DNA of 59,742 nucleotides from Coniocarpon cinnabarinum (Eukaryota): NCBI GenBank assembly GCA_051942205.1, contig JAVECO010000149.1, positions 1 to 59,742 of the forward strand, read 5' to 3'. Shown piece by piece: positions 15,368 to 28,066 of this stretch (position 1 is its first letter; each line of letters starts with the position of its first letter). The notes under the pieces were generated by a model. It saw only the letters and a program-made list of their open reading frames with translations, ran no database searches and was not told where the DNA came from. The position numbers and the translations under genes were made by a program.

Positions 15368-18300
15368 CTAGTGCTGGCTGTGCTGTGTTCTCTCCTGGTC
15401 ATGTACCTTTGCCGTGGTAGAAGAAGAGACACTAGACTCTGAGAATGAGTACAGTGCCTCACCGACTTCATCGACGTCGCGAGCTTTGACGACACATTGT
15501 GCAATGAAAGCTCGCGAAGCGCTGGTGCCTTGGTCGTTTACGATCTCTGGTAGTGTCCTTCCACTTCCATGTTTCATGTTCAAGTCAAAGCCACGGCGCA
15601 ATAGGAGCCTAAGCATCGACACATTTTCCCGCGCATATGAGCCCGCGGTTGACCCAAATACGTCTTTGGCATTTACATCGGCTCCAAAGTCAAGCAGGAA
15701 CTCAGCCATGTGTAAGTGTCCCATCTCTGCGGCATGAATAAGCAATGTCTTATTATACCCGCCAATCTTCGTCCGAGCTTGGACGAAAGAGAAGTCATTG
15801 TTATGTAGCCTCCGCAGTGGAACCAAAAGACGAAGTATGGTCACAAGAGCCACCCATTCCTGGGATTCACGAGGCTCATAATCAGCACTTGCCCACGCCA
15901 AGTTTTCGAAGACGCAGCCCCCGATCACTGGCGCGATGGAGCTTGCATCGGCCATTTTCAGCATCTCTTGGAGGAGTTCAGCATTGCCGGCACTGATTGC
16001 ATACTCGATGGGAGATTTGCGGAAGCCGTCCACTGCGGTGATGGAAGCCCCTTCGCGCACCAGGATTAACGCTTGCTGTAAGTCACCCTTCCATATTGCA
16101 ACATGGAGAGGTGTAACTCCCGAAACGGTTCGTACAAGGGCTGGCAGCTCCTCGTCCGCTAGCCAATGGACCCGTGCTCGGTCACAAGCGAGCTCCAACG
16201 GCGTCTGACCGGCTTTGTTCTGAGCATGAAGATCGGCACCTTTAGAGAGGAGAAACCTCGTTAAACGTTTTTCTCTCGCCACAGCAAGGTGCAGCGCAGT
16301 GTTCCCGAGACCAGTTGGAATATTGATGTCGCAACCAGATTCGATGAGAAGCTCTGCTCGTCTGACTATGTCAACACCCATCATCCACAAGATGACGAAA
16401 TGTAGCGGCGTAAATGGCCCCCGCTCAATATAGTGAGGGCTCCCGGGTGCCCATGACTGGGAGTTGGCACCACGCTTCAGGAGCTCTTCTACAGCTTCAG
16501 TGTTCGTTGCTGAGGCCAGGTGCAAAGGTGTGTAGCGGGAACCCTCACAGCGTGTATCGATATCCAAAGTACCATCAGCTCCTAAAGCCCGCACACAAGC
16601 TGCATGACCCCCATTGGCTGCCAGGTGGATCGCAGCAGGCTGGTATAAGCGAGCTACTGGGCGTTGCAACGGCTTAGACACATCTGCACCGCTCGAAAGA
16701 AGCTCCTGGACAGCATGAGCTGATCCGGTATCAGCGGCTTGATGTAAGGGCGTTTCACCAAAGCTGTTGAATGCTTCAAGTTCTTGGCGATCGTGAACAA
16801 GAAGGTGTTTGACAACGTGGTGGAGATCATGGGCGCACGCTGTATGAAGCGGCGGATCTCTACGAAGGCTCCCTCGACTTGGATCTCTGAATGGTGTCAT
16901 TTGCCAGATTCCCGCGTAGCCGTCTGTACGCTCTCTCTGCCAAATTTGTTCTGCAGTAAATCTTGTGGGATTATACAGGTAGGCGACTATGTCTTGTAAT
17001 AGATCAGTTTGGGCGAGTGACCTGTGAACATGCCTTGACCAATATTTAGCAGCGTAGGGTAAAAGATGATATTGCTGTTTGCGTTGTGACAATTGGTCGT
17101 CGTTCGCGCATGGGTTGACAAAGTCCGAGTAGGACAAGTACCTCAAACAATCAAGTGCAATTTGTTGCTCGCCACCTGGAAACAAGACCCCGCTTTTTTC
17201 CCGAAAGTACTCTTGAATTGTGTAATGGACAAGCCGCACTGTCATGAGTTCATCATCGATGATCACCAGACCACTACAGACGCTTAACATATCTTCAGGG
17301 TCTGGCAGTGCTCTGGCTAGGTATTGTTTCCGATTTGGCGAGATGGCGAGCGCATGCCTCATAGCCTCAACGCTGAGTGGCTCGAAGGCAAAAGAGAGCC
17401 ATGAAAATATCTGGAAAGCGCGTTTGCTTCGAAAAGGTTCGCTGTCTTTTATTCGCTGCAGGGCTTCGTCATACGTCTGCTCATACGTTTCTGGTAAAGA
17501 ATCAAGGGCATCTTCTATATCTTGAGCATTATCCATTTGATTGATTGAATTCAGGTGCAGTCGCGGAAGCAGGAACCTGGCCATTCGAGATCAGAAAGAA
17601 GTCCCTTGCCTGTCATTGTGGTATCAATTGGCTACTCACATTCCATTAGCTGCTTTGGTAATCTTGCTGATGATAGTGACTTTGAAATCTTGATCCACAG
17701 CACAGAATCGTCGCAGCCTACTGCTCATGCTCCTTTCTAGAAACTCAGCAATGTCTCGATCATCGGCCCTGATTTCGAGACGAGCGTCGCGCTCAAACAT
17801 TGACTTGATGTCACTGATTGGACGAGACGTGACAAGAAGCCGAACTTGAGTTCCGAGTCCCCTTAATGCATCGACCAGACGTTCTCTGTTCTCTTGCACT
17901 GGCGACTCGTCGGGGCCATCGACAACGATGAACGCCGTCTTGTATTGTTCTAGTTGCCGCTTCAGGATTGGAATTAACTCTTCTATATTAGGACGTGTTG
18001 CACGGCGAGAATGGGTGACATAGCTCTGCCGGACAGGCTCTGGTATGATATCTTCATGCTGCAGAACTTGGGATAGGAGGGCCGCGAGAAGGTCATTGAC
18101 TGCTTGAGACGCGTAGCTACGATAATTGCAGTAGACCCATAATGTGATGCTTTCATTTTGTGATGGCTCATTGGCAGTAACGTCAAGTTTCCTTCGGCGA
18201 AGATGGTCGATCACGATACTTGTGAGCACTGTCTTCCCAGCGCCTGGGATCCCGTGGCACCACAGCACTTTGCTCTCACCTTGGAGCCACTGACGAAAAG

Positions 18301-19000
18301 TACGGTGTACAAGTAACCAAGCACCTGTACCTTGCTGCGCCACTTTGAGCGTATCAGCTTGCTGGCTCCAGAATGGCTCAAAAGACAGCCATTGCACGAC
18401 TTCGGCATATTCCTTTTCTCTGAGGCGACGTTGGCGGGAGCTCTCCTCCTCAGAAATCAGTTGCGTATGAGAGTCCAGCTGCAATCTCATGCTACTCAAA
18501 TCCTCACTAATTCCTTGCAGTTGCTTTCTCGCATGAGCGGTATCATCTTTAATTGCCGCCGAAAGCGCACTGTTACAAATGAGTCTGCATACCTCCAGTG
18601 CAAGTATCGTGCCAGCTTACAGCTCGTCATTCTGCAATGCTAAGATGAACAATGATTTTTGACGCTCGATCTGACTCATGTACTCCCTTACTTCGCTTTC
18701 CTTGAAGTGCCAAACCAGAGCGCTCAGAACTTGGTGGTTCTTGCCACGGTGCAAGTCATTTATCAAATTCTTCAGAGTCGTAGAGAGGCGCCCCAAAGGA
18801 ATCTGAAGCAACTGAAAGGCTTTTGCATACTTCTCGACATCTTTAGAGATGTCTTGAAGGACTGCAAGCAGGCTTTGCGTCGTCGTGAGCTGCTCCAGTA
18901 GCTGCTCTCTGGCTTTTGAAGCGCCTGTGGCACTGCGGACATATTTGATAGCCTTGAGCGTTATGTCCAGCAGACTCGCAATACTCGCTGCCGCTTCCAT
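15368..19000 (-). CDS. Fungal NLR: N-terminal HeLo-like/SesA-type helical domain, NACHT, winged helix, ankyrin repeats
   Basis: Exons 19000-18621, 18569-17640, 17576-15368. N-terminus MEAAASIASLLDITLKAIKY, then GTGAWLL, Walker A GIPGAGKT, GMFLLPRLHL, VRLVHYTIQEYF and many TPLH ankyrin units. Confidence 0.92.
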
Positions 19001-19461
19001 GGACGATGTTGAACGAAGAGAGAGACGCGCGCCTCAGCCATACTTAGATGTTGGGGGCCGTCTTCTATTACTGACACTACCTGCAAGCTTTCTGCTCCAC
19101 ATCTTGACCCGATCACAACCGTAACGAGCGAAGCAAGCGGCGCCCTCCTTAGACAGAGTTCAAGCTATGTCTGACCATTGGCTCGACAAAAGCAAGACAG
19201 TGGTAAACGTCGAATTAGCAGAATATGCACGGAGTTACCAAACTATCTCCGCTTGCCAACCACGCCGCTACAACCTAAAAGGGGATAAGGTGTGTATCAC
19301 AAGACTCCCGGGTGGGAAATTTTACATGTGACGTTGAATTGATGACTGTACTCCTCGTATCCCCTTTCCGCGCTCAGCTTTGTATCAAAGTCCGGCTGGA
19401 CCGGTACTGTCATTCTTTCCTCTACGACTCTCGCCACTGTAGAATACACGCGTCTGGAATC

Positions 19462-21741
19462 ATGAAAAGCGTAGCAGTTATTGGCGCAGGACCTGGAGGC
19501 CTTGTTGCGGCCAAGTCTCTTCTCCATCACGATGGTTCTCCTTTTCAAGTTACTCTTTTTGAGAAGACAGGCAGATTAGGCGGCCTGTGGAATTTGCAAA
19601 AAGGTGACATCGCCAGACATGGCTTCCTTAATCCTGAAACGCCCACCAATCTGTCCAAATTCACTGTAAGCTTTTCAGACCTCTCTTGGGACTCCGTAAA
19701 TCTGGGTTTGAGTCAAACTGGGAAGGCAAACAAACATGACTATTCACGGGTGCCAATGTTTCCAAAGGCCTGGATGGCGTGCCAATATCTTGAGATGTAC
19801 GCGGATCAATATAGCCTCCGCAAGAAAATCAAGTTTGATACCGAAGTGGTAGCAGCTGAGCGATTCCTGGATGAAGAGTCCACCAAATGGAAAGTTACGG
19901 TCAAGAGGTCTGGTCCTGGCACCCGCAGAGAGAATCAACACATATTTGATTACTTGGTCGTAGCAACTGGATTCTTTGCCCAACCACGTCCATTGCCTTC
20001 ATCTTTGTCGCCTCAAAACCTTCCCAAGAATATCAAAGTTGTTCACAGCTCCCAATATCGAACGCTTAATGACCTCATTCCTGTTGGTACGGTTACTCCA
20101 ACACGCAACAAAGTGCTCATCATTGGAGGCGGCAATTCGTCCGGCGAGGTAGCCGGAACACTGGCTCAGCACATCTCTTCCGCGTTGCATACTCCAGGGT
20201 CAACAAGAAATGACTTGAGCCATGTCGAGATCTTACATGTCACGCCTCGTCCTTTGTACGCTTTGCCTCCTTTCGTGCCCGCTGGGCCAAGCAAGTCCGG
20301 GTTTGTTCCGCTCGATCTCCGATTGTACGATTTTGGCGCACGACCAGGTGAAATAAGCAGCTATGGAGGCAAGGCGCCAGAAGAGGTCATGGGCATAGTG
20401 CATGGTTTCGTCCGTAGCATGATTGGCGGCGACCAATCCGACCTTGGCGCGTCCGCCTTGGTGAGCTCTGAAGATAGCGGCAAAACGACGGGAGCCGCGT
20501 ATGTCACACTCAGCGAGAATTATCCTGAGTTTGTGCGCTCGGGGTTCATCAAACCCATTGCTGGATATGCTTCCAGCTGGGAGGCTTCAAAGGGTGGCAC
20601 AGAAAGCGGCATGTCGATTCGTGTAGAACACAAGAATACGGGAAGTACAACAATAGAAGGCATCGCAGCAGTCATCAATGCCAATGGCTATACACCCGGC
20701 GCAGCATTAGAATGGCTGCCGAACGACGTTCTCAAGGACCTTGAATATGACGCAAAATCGCCTCGACTTCCGCTGATACTGGATATGCTGCAGACTTACA
20801 ACACTTCCGTTCCCGACATTGGATTCATCGGATTTTACGAAGGCCCGTACTGGGGAGTCATGGAAATGCAAGCGCGCCTGCTGACTGAGACTTGGTCATC
20901 TATAGCCGATCAAAAATCCTTCAAGACCAAGGATCGCTACTTCGAGAACAAAGAAGGGCTTCGTGACCTCCGTGCGAGTATGGAAGCTCGTGATCGATTG
21001 ATCCCTCAGTATTGGTTTAGTGATTATTTGGGATACATGGAAGAAGCCGCCGTGGATCTTAGCCTGCAACGTAACGATCATCCCTTTGAAGAGCACCAAG
21101 GACCCACATCGCCTGCACGCTACCTTTCGTCGGACACATCGGCGGCCGAAGCCGGACGAATTATGATAGATCTGCAGCAAACAATGTCAGCTTCTGAGAA
21201 CGGCGCTTTCGTTGCGAGAGCTACGTTTCGGGCGCTGCAAGGCAAATGGAGATTGCACCGAGAGATTCAAAGCGCTACTTCCACGCTGCCGAGTGGCACT
21301 TTCGACGGTATAGCCTCATTGGAGCCACGAGCACCGACTTCAGGCGGCATCACCGGCAACAGCTCTGATGGAGAATACTTGTACTCCGAAGAGGGCACAT
21401 TCACGCCTCGCTCAGGAGTCAGTATGCAAGCTTCCAGACACTACGTATACCGGTTCTGTGAAGCAGAGGATAGCTTGAGTGTTTGGTTCGTGAAGCCAAA
21501 CGACGCCAAGACTGTTGACTATCTGTATCATGATGTCTTGTTCACCAACATCAAGCCCATTGAGGGCGAAGGCTCGAAGCAAACTGCAACAGCGCAAGCC
21601 GAGCATCTTTGCGAGGCCGACTTGTACAAGACCGAATACGTGTTTAACTTTCGAGGCATCTCCATCGAGTCCTGGGAATGTAAACATGCCGTAAAGGGAC
21701 CAGCAAAGGACTACACTGCTGAGACGATGTATCGGCGATGA
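19462..21741 (+). CDS. Flavin-containing monooxygenase-like protein with C-terminal DUF6314-like domain
   Basis: Start MKSVAVIGAGPGGL (FAD GxGxxG), VVHSSQY (FMO-type HSxxY) and IIGGGNSSGE (NADP site). C-terminal LQGKWRLHREI...YLYSEEG...AEHLCEADLY...VKGPAKDY. Confidence 0.85.
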   Translation: MKSVAVIGAGPGGLVAAKSLLHHDGSPFQVTLFEKTGRLGGLWNLQKGDIARHGFLNPETPTNLSKFTVSFSDLSWDSVNLGLSQTGKANKHDYSRVPMFPKAWMACQYLEMYADQYSLRKKIKFDTEVVAAERFLDEESTKWKVTVKRSGPGTRRENQHIFDYLVVATGFFAQPRPLPSSLSPQNLPKNIKVVHSSQYRTLNDLIPVGTVTPTRNKVLIIGGGNSSGEVAGTLAQHISSALHTPGSTRNDLSHVEILHVTPRPLYALPPFVPAGPSKSGFVPLDLRLYDFGARPGEISSYGGKAPEEVMGIVHGFVRSMIGGDQSDLGASALVSSEDSGKTTGAAYVTLSENYPEFVRSGFIKPIAGYASSWEASKGGTESGMSIRVEHKNTGSTTIEGIAAVINANGYTPGAALEWLPNDVLKDLEYDAKSPRLPLILDMLQTYNTSVPDIGFIGFYEGPYWGVMEMQARLLTETWSSIADQKSFKTKDRYFENKEGLRDLRASMEARDRLIPQYWFSDYLGYMEEAAVDLSLQRNDHPFEEHQGPTSPARYLSSDTSAAEAGRIMIDLQQTMSASENGAFVARATFRALQGKWRLHREIQSATSTLPSGTFDGIASLEPRAPTSGGITGNSSDGEYLYSEEGTFTPRSGVSMQASRHYVYRFCEAEDSLSVWFVKPNDAKTVDYLYHDVLFTNIKPIEGEGSKQTATAQAEHLCEADLYKTEYVFNFRGISIESWECKHAVKGPAKDYTAETMYRR

Positions 21742-22548
21742 ACTATCCATTCATTAAGAGAGATCATCCAAAGCGAACGACGCATCAAGCAGCAACTTTA
21801 CAGTCTCTCGCATAATGACCGTCGCCGATGTCAAGAGCGGTCCCGTTTACGGGAGTATGATGATCGAGACTTGCGCGGCCATCGCATAAGCCTTTGCAGT
21901 GGGTGACGCTTTGTGTCCGGCCCAAATTAGAACCTCTGTGAGTCTGTGAAAACTGCGTGATTGGATACCGTGGTGACTGGGGTGCCCAAACGCAATAACG
22001 ACGCCGCTCAGCATGACATTGGACATTTTGCAGTCGGGCGACTGAGCCCTCCATTGAAGTTCAGTGTTCAATACTGATGTCGTAGCATTTCTCATTGATC
22101 TTAAGGCATGAACATTGGAGAAAATAATGATGGAGCCCAGCCTAGGAGCTCAACGCCAATCCGCCCGAACGTTCATTGCTGCAGTGTTGACATTGCCACA
22201 GGATTGTCAGAGAGCCCAAGGCCAAAAAAGAAGCAGAGACTCTGACAAAGCGGCTTAGTCTTCATGTTGTACAGAACATTTGTGCAATGGTAGTAGTCCT
22301 GCATAGCTTACGCTACTGCGTCAACACGCTGACAAATAATGATCACGTGCTCCGTGGCGGCAGAGCTCGCCATTGCAAACCTTCACTTCAGCAAGTATAA
22401 GAAGCAGGGCAGTCCAGCCACATGTCCAACATACATCATCAGCGCTTGATCAGAGTACTTGGACCGTCTCGCGTCAGTTCCGGAGCGTCCCAAGGCCGTC
22501 AAACTAGAACGCCCGTTCACTACGACCCATCCTTAACAGTCCAAAGCT

Positions 22549-23794
22549 ATGGCGACAGCTAAGCATCCGCTTCGCACAGCAATCATAGGTCTCTCAGCGT
22601 CCGCAGTCACATCATGGGCCTCGAATGCGCACCTCCCCGCGCTTCTCTCACCCCGCGGCCGCGAACTCTTCACCATAACCGCTCTCTGCAACTCTTCCAA
22701 GCCCGCCGCAGAAGCCGCAATCAAGCACTACAACCTTCCTTCATCTACGAAGGCCTATGGCGATCCTGAAAGTCTGGCAGCTGACCCCGACATCGACGTC
22801 GTCATCTGCAATACGCGTGTCGATAAGCACTTTGAGACTAGCTTGACGAGCGTGAAAGCTGGAAAGCTGGTTTATATCGAGTGGCCGACTGCTTCTAATC
22901 TAGAGCAGGTCGAGACGATTGTGGATGCGGTTAAGGCGAGCGGAAGCAAAGTCGCTGTTGGCTTACACGGCCGCTGGGCGCCTCCCGTTGTCAAAATAAA
23001 AGAGATCGTCGAGGCAGGAGAGTATGGCAAGCTCTTGAGTGTCGAAACTCGCGCTTATGGCGGGGCCATCGACCGTGCGAGTGTAAGCCCTGGCTTGGCT
23101 TATTTCACTGATCGAAAGGTCGGCGGTAATCCCGTGACAATGTGAGCCTTCCCTCTTAGTCTTGCGCGCCGATCATAGATAGCCTCCTTAAAGCAATAAC
23201 GAACTAACATGCGAGTCTAGAGGATTCTCCCACTTCATCGACTTCATCCAAGCGGCAGTAGGAGAACTCGAACCATCTGCAAGCCACGCCCTAATGCAAA
23301 ACCAACGCCCCTCAATCCGAATCAGGCACTCTCAAGACGACCCCTCGAAGCAGGACGAAACGATCCCCAAAAACGTCCCCGACCTCATAACACTGCACGG
23401 CACCCTCTCGGAAACCGCTCACGTCGCCAAAGGCGCCAGCGTCTCCGCCTTCTTCCGAACGGGCCAGCCCTTCAAGGGCAACCCAAGTTTGAGCTGGTCT
23501 CTAGTGTTTGAGCGCGCGGAAGTGCAGCTCTCGTCGCATGCCGGCGCCATGTTGCAGGTGAACGTATATGATCCGATTCCGCCGCAGATTGTGGTGCACG
23601 AGTACGCGACGGATGAGGTGAAGGCGATTCCGTTCCAGTTTACGGAGGAGCAGAAGGCTTTGCCGAAGAGTGCGGCGATGGTTTTGACGTGTCTAGTAGC
23701 GCTTGCCACTGGGGATGAGAGTCGTTATGTGAGTTTGGAGAGTGCGAGGAGGAGGGCGAGGCAGGTTGAGGGGTGGTGGAATACTGAGCAATGA
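22549..23794 (+). CDS. Gfo/Idh/MocA oxidoreductase-fold protein (GAL80-like)
   Basis: Exons 22549-23141 and 23221-23794. Motifs LRTAIIGLS...WASNAHLP, DPDIDVV, YIEWP and GGNPVTIGFSHFID. Confidence 0.88.
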
Positions 23795-25011
23795 TTGTGA
23801 ACGGATCGATGGATGCAACGAATGTGGGTGTGAGCAGAGCTGAAAGAGGCGATTGAACTCAGCGAAATCGTGCGAATGGCCTTTTTCTTGCAATTTTTCA
23901 TACCGGACTGCACGTTTTGCACGAATACCTGGCCAGAAAGCTAAATCGTATCCGGCTGACGCTTTTGCGATATTTCTCTGCCCCAAGACCCACGCTTCGC
24001 TGCCTCTGTCCATGTTCTTGAACTTCTTAATGCCTCGTGTCCAAACGACGACGTTTTTGACGAAATGTACGCGTTATTGTCTACGATGACGCGTTGCACG
24101 TCCATTCTCGATCAGGTCAGAGCCTCATTCGTTGTGGCGGGAGCCCAGCAGTAGGTATTATTCATAATGTCTGTCCTTGCTAACTCAATAGTAATTTCCC
24201 CAAAATATGGCTTGCTGCAATCATAGTCTCTGACTGACTTGCTCGAGACAATGTCCATGCAGTAGCTTTCCAGCGCGTCCCCCCATCATCCAAAAATCGG
24301 GGTGCAGTACACTGGTGACTTGGTGCAAATCGGCCTCAAACACCTTAGCGCTCGCAAAACGCGCGTGACAAAAAGCCATCAAACATCCTATCGTTACATT
24401 CCCATTTTTGTTGCACCCAGGACACACACAGCGAGAGATTTTGCTCAACGTGAAAGTGTAGCGATTGCAAGAACAGCGCGGTGACTTGGTTTTATCTTCA
24501 AAAGATCCAAATTGCATACTCTAAGATGGCCGGCTTTAGCATTGGAGCCGGAATGGCGCTGAGAGCTGGGCTATATCTTCTCCACTTTGCGATCGCAAAG
24601 TGTTAACAAAGCAGACAATTGTGGGTTTGGGTTCATATCTTCTGTTGAGCGGCATTCTTTGAAAATACTCGCATTGCTTCCCAGATGGTGTACGTTCCCG
24701 ATTTGCAGAAAGCATCAGTTTTGAAGCGAGAAATGAGGTTAAAATGATTGTCGATGCGTGAGATCTAACATCAGAGTGTTTGGTTCCTCAGGAAGCATTC
24801 TCGGGTGGCTCTTGCTGCTCAATGACGACTAACGTGTATTTGAGCTTCACGTCGAGGATTTACCGTAGAGGAACACGTCCCCATGGTCTCCAGAGAACTT
24901 TAGGTCCCCGCCATGACCATGACGCTGACGCTGACCATGCCCATAACTGTGGTTCCATCGCAAAAACTTGTAGCTCCGTTGAACAAATCCTAATGCTGAC
25001 TACTGTGCCAA

Positions 25012-27278
25012 TCACGAAATGACCAAGAGGCGGTGAGGAACTTCGTTTACCTCGTAAATCAGGGCGTCGCTGGGTGCAAAGGATAACTTGGCCGAAACAA
25101 TGCGATCTGAACGCTGAGCGCCTTCCATCATAGTAAGTCCTAGCGCGCACGCAACGCAGCATCGTATCTTGGGCAGAGAGCGCGTCGCAACACAGAGAAT
25201 GTCAGTCTCCTCAGGGGTTGGCGACGGCGTTCGAATGATCCCGTCGTCCAGTGCTGATAGCGGTATTGCAAATTCCCGGCAAATACCGCGATTGAACCGG
25301 GATGCATCAGCAGAGGACAGGCGAAGAGCCTGGACATTGGCCTCGCTGAACGGGAGGCAAATTTCTGTCACATGATCTTGGATCGAGCTTATCATATTGT
25401 GGCAAAACAGAACAGCTGCGTAAAGCTCGTCTGGGCAGAAACGTTGGATCACGCGACCTTTATTGCGATAAGTAACAACTGGGGCACTGTGATCAATGCC
25501 CCAGTTCGGCTCGATTGCAGAAGTGAAGTCCTCTGCTGGGCCTTCGAGACTTGCGCCAGACTTCTCAGTCAGCTGCACCTCGCCAAAGCTTTCGACCTTT
25601 CTCCTCGTAGGTTTGCTCTGCATCATAAGACCTTGAGCGTTGGCAGGAAATGTAGTCCTGTCAATGTCCAAGAGAGCAAATCGGCATATATCATCAGAAG
25701 AGTCGGTGTTGCCCAGCAGCGTTGCATCTACAATAGTAAGCTTGCCATGTATTCCACAGCAGCCGGGTTGAACCGCTTTAAGTTGATCTATATCAGCACC
25801 TGCAAACAAGTATGCAACAAGTTTCATTATAAAGGATCTTTCCACAATCTTCGTATGTCTGGAAAGAGATGTGTTCGCGTAGGCGTCTGAGGGCTGACGG
25901 GTGCCAAGTAGATCGAAGAATTCAATCCTATCGTGCCAGCTGAATGTGCTGAAAGCCTCGACGACACCCATTCGTGAGACGTTTAACAATGGTGAAAGTG
26001 CCCCATAGTAGTACCCCAAAAGGAAAACCAGCGACTCATCTACGGACCGGTCAGAAGAAGGCCCAAACTTTGGCTCGCAATATTGCCCTGATGCTCTGAA
26101 TTTGGTCATAGCTCGCGCTGCTTGAGAGCTGCGACAAAGGAGAAGATCTTCGATGTCAATCCCTGTAGATTCGTCAACGAGGAGATCGTTCGGTAGAGGT
26201 GCAACAGCAAAGCAAGGCTGTCTTCTCGCTTCCAGGTCTTCAGGCAACCCCCCTTCTATTAGCAGAGCTGGTGTAAACGTGAGATCCTTCGAAGCTTCGA
26301 GCCCTAAACAAAAAATGCGCCGGTGCCGTATTTTTTCAGCGGATGTTCCTCGAAGTTGCAGAGCCACATCCTCAAGTGCATTGAGATTTATGCGAAACCC
26401 TCCACGAGCCTTTGCTGCGCCGAAATTAGCCCTAGCTAGTGCACGATCGCGATCCATAACCACGGCAAGCTGACTTTCATCGATGTTGTCAGACGCAGCT
26501 CTAACACAGATTCCCTGCATGCCGATGTCTTGAAGGAGTAGGGCAAGCGAAACGATGTCAGATGATGGAGTCCAGAAGATGTGGTCCTCAAAGTTCATAG
26601 CGCCTGACAGCCACCTAATGAAGCGTAGAATTTCTGGATGCTCCATGTCGGGCAAAAGGCCAGGTGGATGCTGACCGCGTCTACCCAGAGTATCCCATGA
26701 ATCTTTTGCTGCTCGAGAAATGTTCCTCGTGTCTGCGATGGACTGCCATGCCTCAAGATGATGGTCCAGCTCGCGGAAGAGAAATTCGTAACCTTCGCTT
26801 TCCTCGCACTGTTTAGTAGGAACTCTGTCACGACATTGCGGAGGCAACGTTGAGACGCAGCAGCTTTGAGCGCAGCAACAATCAAAGTCATATACCACGT
26901 AAACATATCCAAAGTCTCATGCCTTAGCAGTCTCGCCGCATGTCTGCAGACATTGTTGAGCTTGCGATTTCGCTACCATGTATACACAAGGAGAGCCTAC
27001 TTTTTAGTAAAAGTACGTCTCTCGCCATCCAAGAACAGGTCGACCCTTTGCGTCCATCGCGCTTGGAGTAGAGAAGGATCAATATTACCTCTGCGCAGAC
27101 GGGGTATGATGTCTTTTTGATCGAGGCCAAGCATTTCCAATAAAGAGCGATCGGCCCATTTTGCTCGCAGCCATGTTATGACAGATCTTCCTGCGCCGGC
27201 CAGAAGTGCGATATCTGAAACTGATACGCCAACACTCGTGAGAACATTGCTTGGAGTTGAGAAGCTGAGGCTCGTCAT
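25012..27278 (-). pseudogene. Fungal hypothetical protein gene with an apparent frameshift near 26815
   Basis: Exon 27278-27001 and intron 27000-26944 splice into FTWYMTLIVAAL...VVTEFLL. The long protein-like frame (EESEGYEFLFRELDHHLEAWQS...) continues in a different frame, and no intron restoring the frame was found. Confidence 0.6.
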
Positions 27279-27807
27279 AGTGAGATGGATCTAGGATTTT
27301 GAATCGAGGGTATCAGTAGTCAACAAAGGAAAGAAGCCATTTTGACCATCTGAAAAGCTGTAGGCATCTGGTCGCATGGCTGCGCCCACAGACCTGCGAG
27401 CCCTCAGCATCTTTACAGCTTGGGTGCATTAGTGCGCTGCCTTGCGAGCCACTTCGGTTGCCTTACGCATAGACATAGAAATGGTCCAAATCCAAGGCTG
27501 AATCAAGCGCACATCTAATCTATGTGGCCCAGTACATAGTCAACATTCATCAGAGTATTCTTCCAGGCCTTTATTGAGATTGTCACGAGAATGACCAGGC
27601 TTAAGCATAGAAAATCTGGTCGCAGACGTTGTGTAATCTCTGTACGGGGCCTGCCACACAAAAAGTTCCTTACGAACAGACGCATCTTCCGATTATGATG
27701 TAACTCCTCAAAAGAAACAAAAAGGGATCGTTAATCCAAGATCCTGATACTGGGCAGGCTAAAATATAAACTACGACAAAAGAAGAATCAGAAAAAATTG
27801 TTTTATT

Positions 27808-27879
27808 TAGCAGCGACTGGTTTCGATCCAGTGTCCTCCGGGTTATGAGCCCGGCGCGCTTCCGCTGCGCCACGCTGCT
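27808..27879 (-). tRNA. Initiator tRNA-Met (CAT)
   Basis: Minus strand reads AGCAGCGTGGCGCAGCGGAAGCGCGCCGGGCTCATAACCCGGAGGACACTGGATCGAAACCAGTCGCTGCTA: A1:U72 pair, CAT anticodon, GATCG T-loop typical of eukaryotic initiators, and a T6 Pol III terminator downstream. Confidence 0.97.
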
Positions 27880-28066
27880 CTCCAAATTGGCATTCTTCAG
27901 TATACCAAATCAGACGTATTGATTCATGGCTGACACAAAAATTGCAATATATATACTAATTTTTAGCCTATTGGAGCAAGTCCGAAAAACTTATGTACGA
28001 TACTACACCATTTAAGCACATGGGCGACTCCGAATTGACAGTCAAGTATTGATTCGTTTCTACCGG

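Noticed and set aside
15600..16900. Highly conserved internal (hypervariable-type) ankyrin tandem repeats
   Set aside because: The repeats are clearly divergent at protein and DNA level.
18900..19000. Amyloid signalling motif at the NLR N-terminus
   Set aside because: The N-terminus is a hydrophobic helical HeLo-like segment with no N/Q/G-rich HRAM, PP or sigma motif.
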